Shown here piece by piece: positions 60,621 to 64,000 of a DNA stretch of 64,000 bases (its first letter is position 1; each line of letters opens with the position of its first letter). The translations under genes and the position numbers were made by a program. Where the stretch lies: positions 1 to 64,000 of IMG/VR virus record IMGVR_UViG_3300019458_000006. One strand, written 5' to 3'. The DNA comes from a virus. Below the pieces are notes generated by a model. That model saw nothing but the letters and a program-made list of their open reading frames with translations, had not been told where the DNA came from and made no database searches.

Positions 60621-63176
60621 ATGGATTCTCTTGTCACCCTGCGGGATTATCAGAGCCTGGCTGTGAGGCAGGCTTTCGACGCCTGGAGAGCCGGACACCG
60701 CTCGGTGCTAATGTGCCTGGCTACCGGCTCCGGGAAGCGCAAGATTGCCCTCTACATCATGCACCTAGCAGCCCAGAAGAGGCGTAAGGTGCTGTTTGTT
60801 GGCAATCGGCGGCTACTCATCAACCAGGCCGCCGACGACGCTGAGCACTGCGAGATCGACTACGGCGTCATTATGGCCGACGTCATGCAGGGTAATCACG
60901 GCTCCACCAACCAGATCGCCTCCCTCCAGACCCTGGAGTCCAGGCACCTCTACGACAAGTGGAGCAACATCGCCACAGGAGATGGCCTGCCAGAGGCGAA
61001 TCTCCTGGTACACGATGAAGCTCATTCTGATACCGACAGGTTCTGGCACATCGCCTCGTTCTACCCCGATGCCAAGATCCTAGGGCTCTCGGCCACACCG
61101 GTAGGTAGAGAAGGCCGGGCACTGGTAAATAGCCCCTACGACGTCCTCCTGGAGCCGATCAAGAACTCAGCACTCATTGAGCGGGGGTTCCTGCTGCCCA
61201 CGCGAGTCTGGGCTCCCTCCGAGCCCCAGCTCGATGGCGTCAAGATCGTCAAGGGCGAATACAACCAAACCGCCCTTGGTCGGCGGGTACAGGAATGCAC
61301 GGTCGCTGGGGATGTGTTTAAGGAGTGGGACCAGCATCAAGACAAGGCCACGGTCTGCTTCGTTCCAGGCGTCCCCTTTGGCCGCTCACTCGTCCAACAA
61401 TTCAACGCCAGGTACGGCGCTGGCACGGCCCAAATCATCGCAGCCAAAACAAAGCCTGAAGAGCGACTAGACGCTATTGGGAGAATTGCTAAAGAGGGGC
61501 ACGGTGTCCTGGTCTCATGCGATGTCCTCAAGGAGGGGTTTGACTGCCTGGACGCACAAACAGAAATCCTGACCGCCGGAGGATGGGTCGGGATCAACAA
61601 CATCCCGGCAGCGGGAGAACTGATCTGGACGCTCAACTCAGATCGCAATGAGGCGGAGCTGGCACCGGTTTTGGCGTCAATTAGACGCCCCGTGCGGGCT
61701 GGAGAGAGGTTCTTGGTGGCATCCAACGAACACATAAATCTACGTGTAACTGAAGGGCACAGGCTGTACCATCGCGTTGATGACGAATGGTCATCCATAG
61801 CAGCTGGAGAGGCGATTGGCTTGAGCGGCGATCTGACGCTCCCGCTGGCTTCCGAGGCGCTGTTTGAGGGAATCCCTCTTACTGACGATGAGATTCGATT
61901 CGTGGCCTGGTTTATGACAGACGGCGGCTTGGGAAGCGGGAATCGCAGCTCAGTAATTGAGATCGCGCAATCCAAGGACTGGCACCACAACATTCGTGAC
62001 CTCCTGAAACGGCTGGGATATAATTTCTCTGAAAGCGTCAAGTCGCCATCGCTAACTGGCTACAAAACAGATAAGAAATCGCACAGATTTTGCGTCCCCA
62101 GGGGTGTCCGCGGTAATGTTGTTGGCTGGGGCCGCCTGGCCCCCTATCTAGACCGGGACGTTTCCCCGCTCTTGATGCGAATGACAAAGCGACAGTTTAC
62201 TGTCTTCTGGGAAGAACTCATGAAGGGAGCCGGGAGCCAGCAGGCCGGAAAAGGCGGGCAACTCATATGCTCTCGCCAGAGCCAAGCAGACCGTTACATG
62301 CAAATGGCGGTCACTCGCGGAATGGCAACGTGCCTCCTGGAGTGCAAAACCAGAAAAGGCAAGGCGATCTATTACGTTCGAGTTCGGGACGCTTCATCTA
62401 TTACTCTGCGGCTTACTGACAAACGGTCCGCCAGATTCACGCTGGAAGAGTCACGCCAGGAAGATGAAGTGTGGTGCGTCACCACTAGGAATGACACCTT
62501 AATCACGAGGCGTAACGGGAAAGTTCTAATAATAGGCAATTGCCCCGTGCTGTCATGTGGGATTGATCTACAGCCCAGCTCACAGCTCCGTTCGTATTGG
62601 CAAAAACTAGGGCGAATCAAGCGCACTTACGAGCATCAGACTGCTGCCGTCTGGCTCGATTTCGCCGGAAACTACTGGCGATTCCCTCATCCCGACGAAG
62701 ACCCAGAGTGGCCCACCTGTTCCCCGCAAACCACGCAGGAAATCATCGAGCGGAAGCGGGCGGAGGGCGGTGAAAAGCAGCCGATCATGTGCCCGAAGTG
62801 CTGGTACGTCCGGGCGCAAGGCCCCAGCTGCCCCAACTGCGGCCACGCGGCCGGTGAAGCCATCCGTCGTATCCGACTCGGACAAGGGCGACTTAAAGAG
62901 GTTCCGGCTCGCCAACACCAGGCGCAGCGGCTGAGCGACGAGCAGAGATTATTAAATAAATGGAAATCCCGTCTTTACGGGGCCATGAAAAGCGGCTTAA
63001 CCTACTCCCAATGTGCCGCCGTGTTTGCCAAGGAGACAGGCAGTGGGCCTAAGCCGGGTTGGCCGGGGACCTATGCCGCCCACGCTATGGATTGGTCCAG
63101 GCGACCTAAGCACGAGCACACCTTTCATTCGCTCACCAAGCTGTTCAACGCCTTCCAGGAGACACTGCGTGACTAA
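60621..63176 (+). CDS. SF2 DEAH-box helicase with C-terminal Zn ribbon, interrupted by an intein
   Basis: Walker A LATGSGKR, DEAH in LLVHDEAH, motif III LSATP, C-terminal CPKC..CPNC. The extein junction reads VLKEGFD|CPVLSCGIDL. Confidence 0.85.
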   Translation: MDSLVTLRDYQSLAVRQAFDAWRAGHRSVLMCLATGSGKRKIALYIMHLAAQKRRKVLFVGNRRLLINQAADDAEHCEIDYGVIMADVMQGNHGSTNQIASLQTLESRHLYDKWSNIATGDGLPEANLLVHDEAHSDTDRFWHIASFYPDAKILGLSATPVGREGRALVNSPYDVLLEPIKNSALIERGFLLPTRVWAPSEPQLDGVKIVKGEYNQTALGRRVQECTVAGDVFKEWDQHQDKATVCFVPGVPFGRSLVQQFNARYGAGTAQIIAAKTKPEERLDAIGRIAKEGHGVLVSCDVLKEGFDCLDAQTEILTAGGWVGINNIPAAGELIWTLNSDRNEAELAPVLASIRRPVRAGERFLVASNEHINLRVTEGHRLYHRVDDEWSSIAAGEAIGLSGDLTLPLASEALFEGIPLTDDEIRFVAWFMTDGGLGSGNRSSVIEIAQSKDWHHNIRDLLKRLGYNFSESVKSPSLTGYKTDKKSHRFCVPRGVRGNVVGWGRLAPYLDRDVSPLLMRMTKRQFTVFWEELMKGAGSQQAGKGGQLICSRQSQADRYMQMAVTRGMATCLLECKTRKGKAIYYVRVRDASSITLRLTDKRSARFTLEESRQEDEVWCVTTRNDTLITRRNGKVLIIGNCPVLSCGIDLQPSSQLRSYWQKLGRIKRTYEHQTAAVWLDFAGNYWRFPHPDEDPEWPTCSPQTTQEIIERKRAEGGEKQPIMCPKCWYVRAQGPSCPNCGHAAGEAIRRIRLGQGRLKEVPARQHQAQRLSDEQRLLNKWKSRLYGAMKSGLTYSQCAAVFAKETGSGPKPGWPGTYAAHAMDWSRRPKHEHTFHSLTKLFNAFQETLRD
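61545..62540 (+). mobile_element. full-length intein (332 aa) with LAGLIDADG-type homing endonuclease
   Basis: It starts CLDAQTEILTAGGWVGI and ends KVLIIGN|C, with Gly rather than His as the penultimate residue. FVAWFMTDGG is a LAGLIDADG motif. I verified the junction codons. Confidence 0.8.
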
Positions 63177-63426
63177 TGCAAAGCGTACCAAGAGATGCAA
63201 CGACATGAACATCGTTCAGGTCCGGCTGCCGGAGACAGACCCCTCCTCGTCGTCCAGCTGGACCGATATTTGTGAATTTGCCGCTACATGAGATAGCAGC
63301 TAGACTTCGCGGAATGACGGACGGCATGAGGCCGGAGCTGGGAAGGGATACCTCAGCCGCAGGGAACGCAACCGGGCATTGGAGGCCCATTTGAATCAAC
63401 TTTCCTAAGTCCCAGGAACCTGACCC

Positions 63427-63945
63427 ATGCTCCAGGCCTACCACAACGACAAGTCCGTGAAGTCCAAGTACGTAAGACGCATGGCCGCTCACCGCAAGGC
63501 GGACGAGCTGTGCCAGAGAGTGGGCTGGAGGCCCGGTCAGAAGCCCGGTCAGAAGTCTCGCGGCTGTTCAGTCGGCTGCCTCTTCCATGCCTATAACCAC
63601 TCCCGTGGTCCGATCGAAATCGGCGTGCCGAAGGCCGAAGCGATGCAGTGGCCAGAGCTGTTTTTGAAAGCGATACCCGTAGGCGCAGACCTATCTCTCG
63701 TTTGGCCGCGCTTCGCCGTATGGCTACTGAGCGACGAGCATCATGGTGTGATTCGATTCGCCGGCGGAAGAAAGGACGTTGAGGCGGCGATTCAGGGCGT
63801 GGCGACCATGTTCGAGCGTGTCTTGGACGGCGAGTCTGTCGAGTATCGCGCCGCCGATGCCGCCGATGCCGCCGCCCGTGCCGCCAATGCCGCCCAATGG
63901 CGAGCGATGGCGGATAGCATCATCCGCCTACTGGAGGACGCCTGA
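63427..63945 (+). CDS. hypothetical protein
   Basis: 172-aa ORF with an Ala/Asp-rich AADAADAAARAANAA tract. Confidence 0.5.
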   Translation: MLQAYHNDKSVKSKYVRRMAAHRKADELCQRVGWRPGQKPGQKSRGCSVGCLFHAYNHSRGPIEIGVPKAEAMQWPELFLKAIPVGADLSLVWPRFAVWLLSDEHHGVIRFAGGRKDVEAAIQGVATMFERVLDGESVEYRAADAADAAARAANAAQWRAMADSIIRLLEDA

Positions 63946-64000
63946 TGTTCGGCCACATCCTCCTGAATGCGGACGGGAAGAGGCTGACTGACGTGACTGC

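Noticed and set aside
61337-62041. 234-aa minus-strand ORF inside the helicase.
   Set aside because: Antisense to the intein region, whose plus-strand frame has verified Hint and LAGLIDADG blocks.

Overview
The whole window looks like GC-rich tailed-phage or prophage DNA; I see no clearly cellular housekeeping genes. All calls come from reading the sequence and ORF translations by eye, with no database searches.

Layout:
- Two long minus-strand late operons (1-12927 and 19730-43693) carry scaffold, major capsid, decoration, terminase, portal, tail/fibre, a large internal protein, a putative lysis cassette and a secreted beta-helix protein.
- A plus-strand accessory island (13755-17701) holds a Dam-type methyltransferase, Zn-finger proteins and a decayed PP-loop gene.
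- A solitary plus-strand csrA-like gene sits at 19444-19686.
- Free-standing HNH endonuclease genes are scattered through the structural region.
- The right third (43.8-64 kb) is a plus-strand early/regulatory/replication block: HTH protein, serine recombinase, RHH repressor with a palindromic operator, many small ORFs, an SF2 helicase, a DUF3102-like protein and a ParB-like protein.

Most notable observations:
1. A translationally coupled ubiquitin-like conjugation cassette at about 50.5-54.7 kb: beta-grasp Ubl, E2-like, ThiF/E1-like and JAB/JAMM peptidase. With the ParB-like gene downstream it resembles the uncharacterised PRTRC / prokaryotic Ubl-E1-E2-JAB operons, but is carried by a virus.
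2. Three inteins: a class-3-like one in the terminase P-loop, one in the ParB-like gene, and a LAGLIDADG-containing one in the helicase.
3. A 19-bp perfect palindrome plus flank that recurs with identical nucleotides, in frame, inside three unrelated CDSs (peptide EHAVLAM), and in diverged form in intergenic DNA.
4. Three G-free tandem-octamer (CACYTACT) leader tracts that start at predicted transcription starts.
5. A GC-rich block with CTGGCGGGCC iterons.
6. A conserved element found directly after the stop codon of three genes.
7. An 830-bp non-coding divergent region with a promoter/terminator-bounded ~140-nt transcript and a GGA-rich polypurine tract.
8. Three glycosyltransferase-like genes in or beside the structural module.
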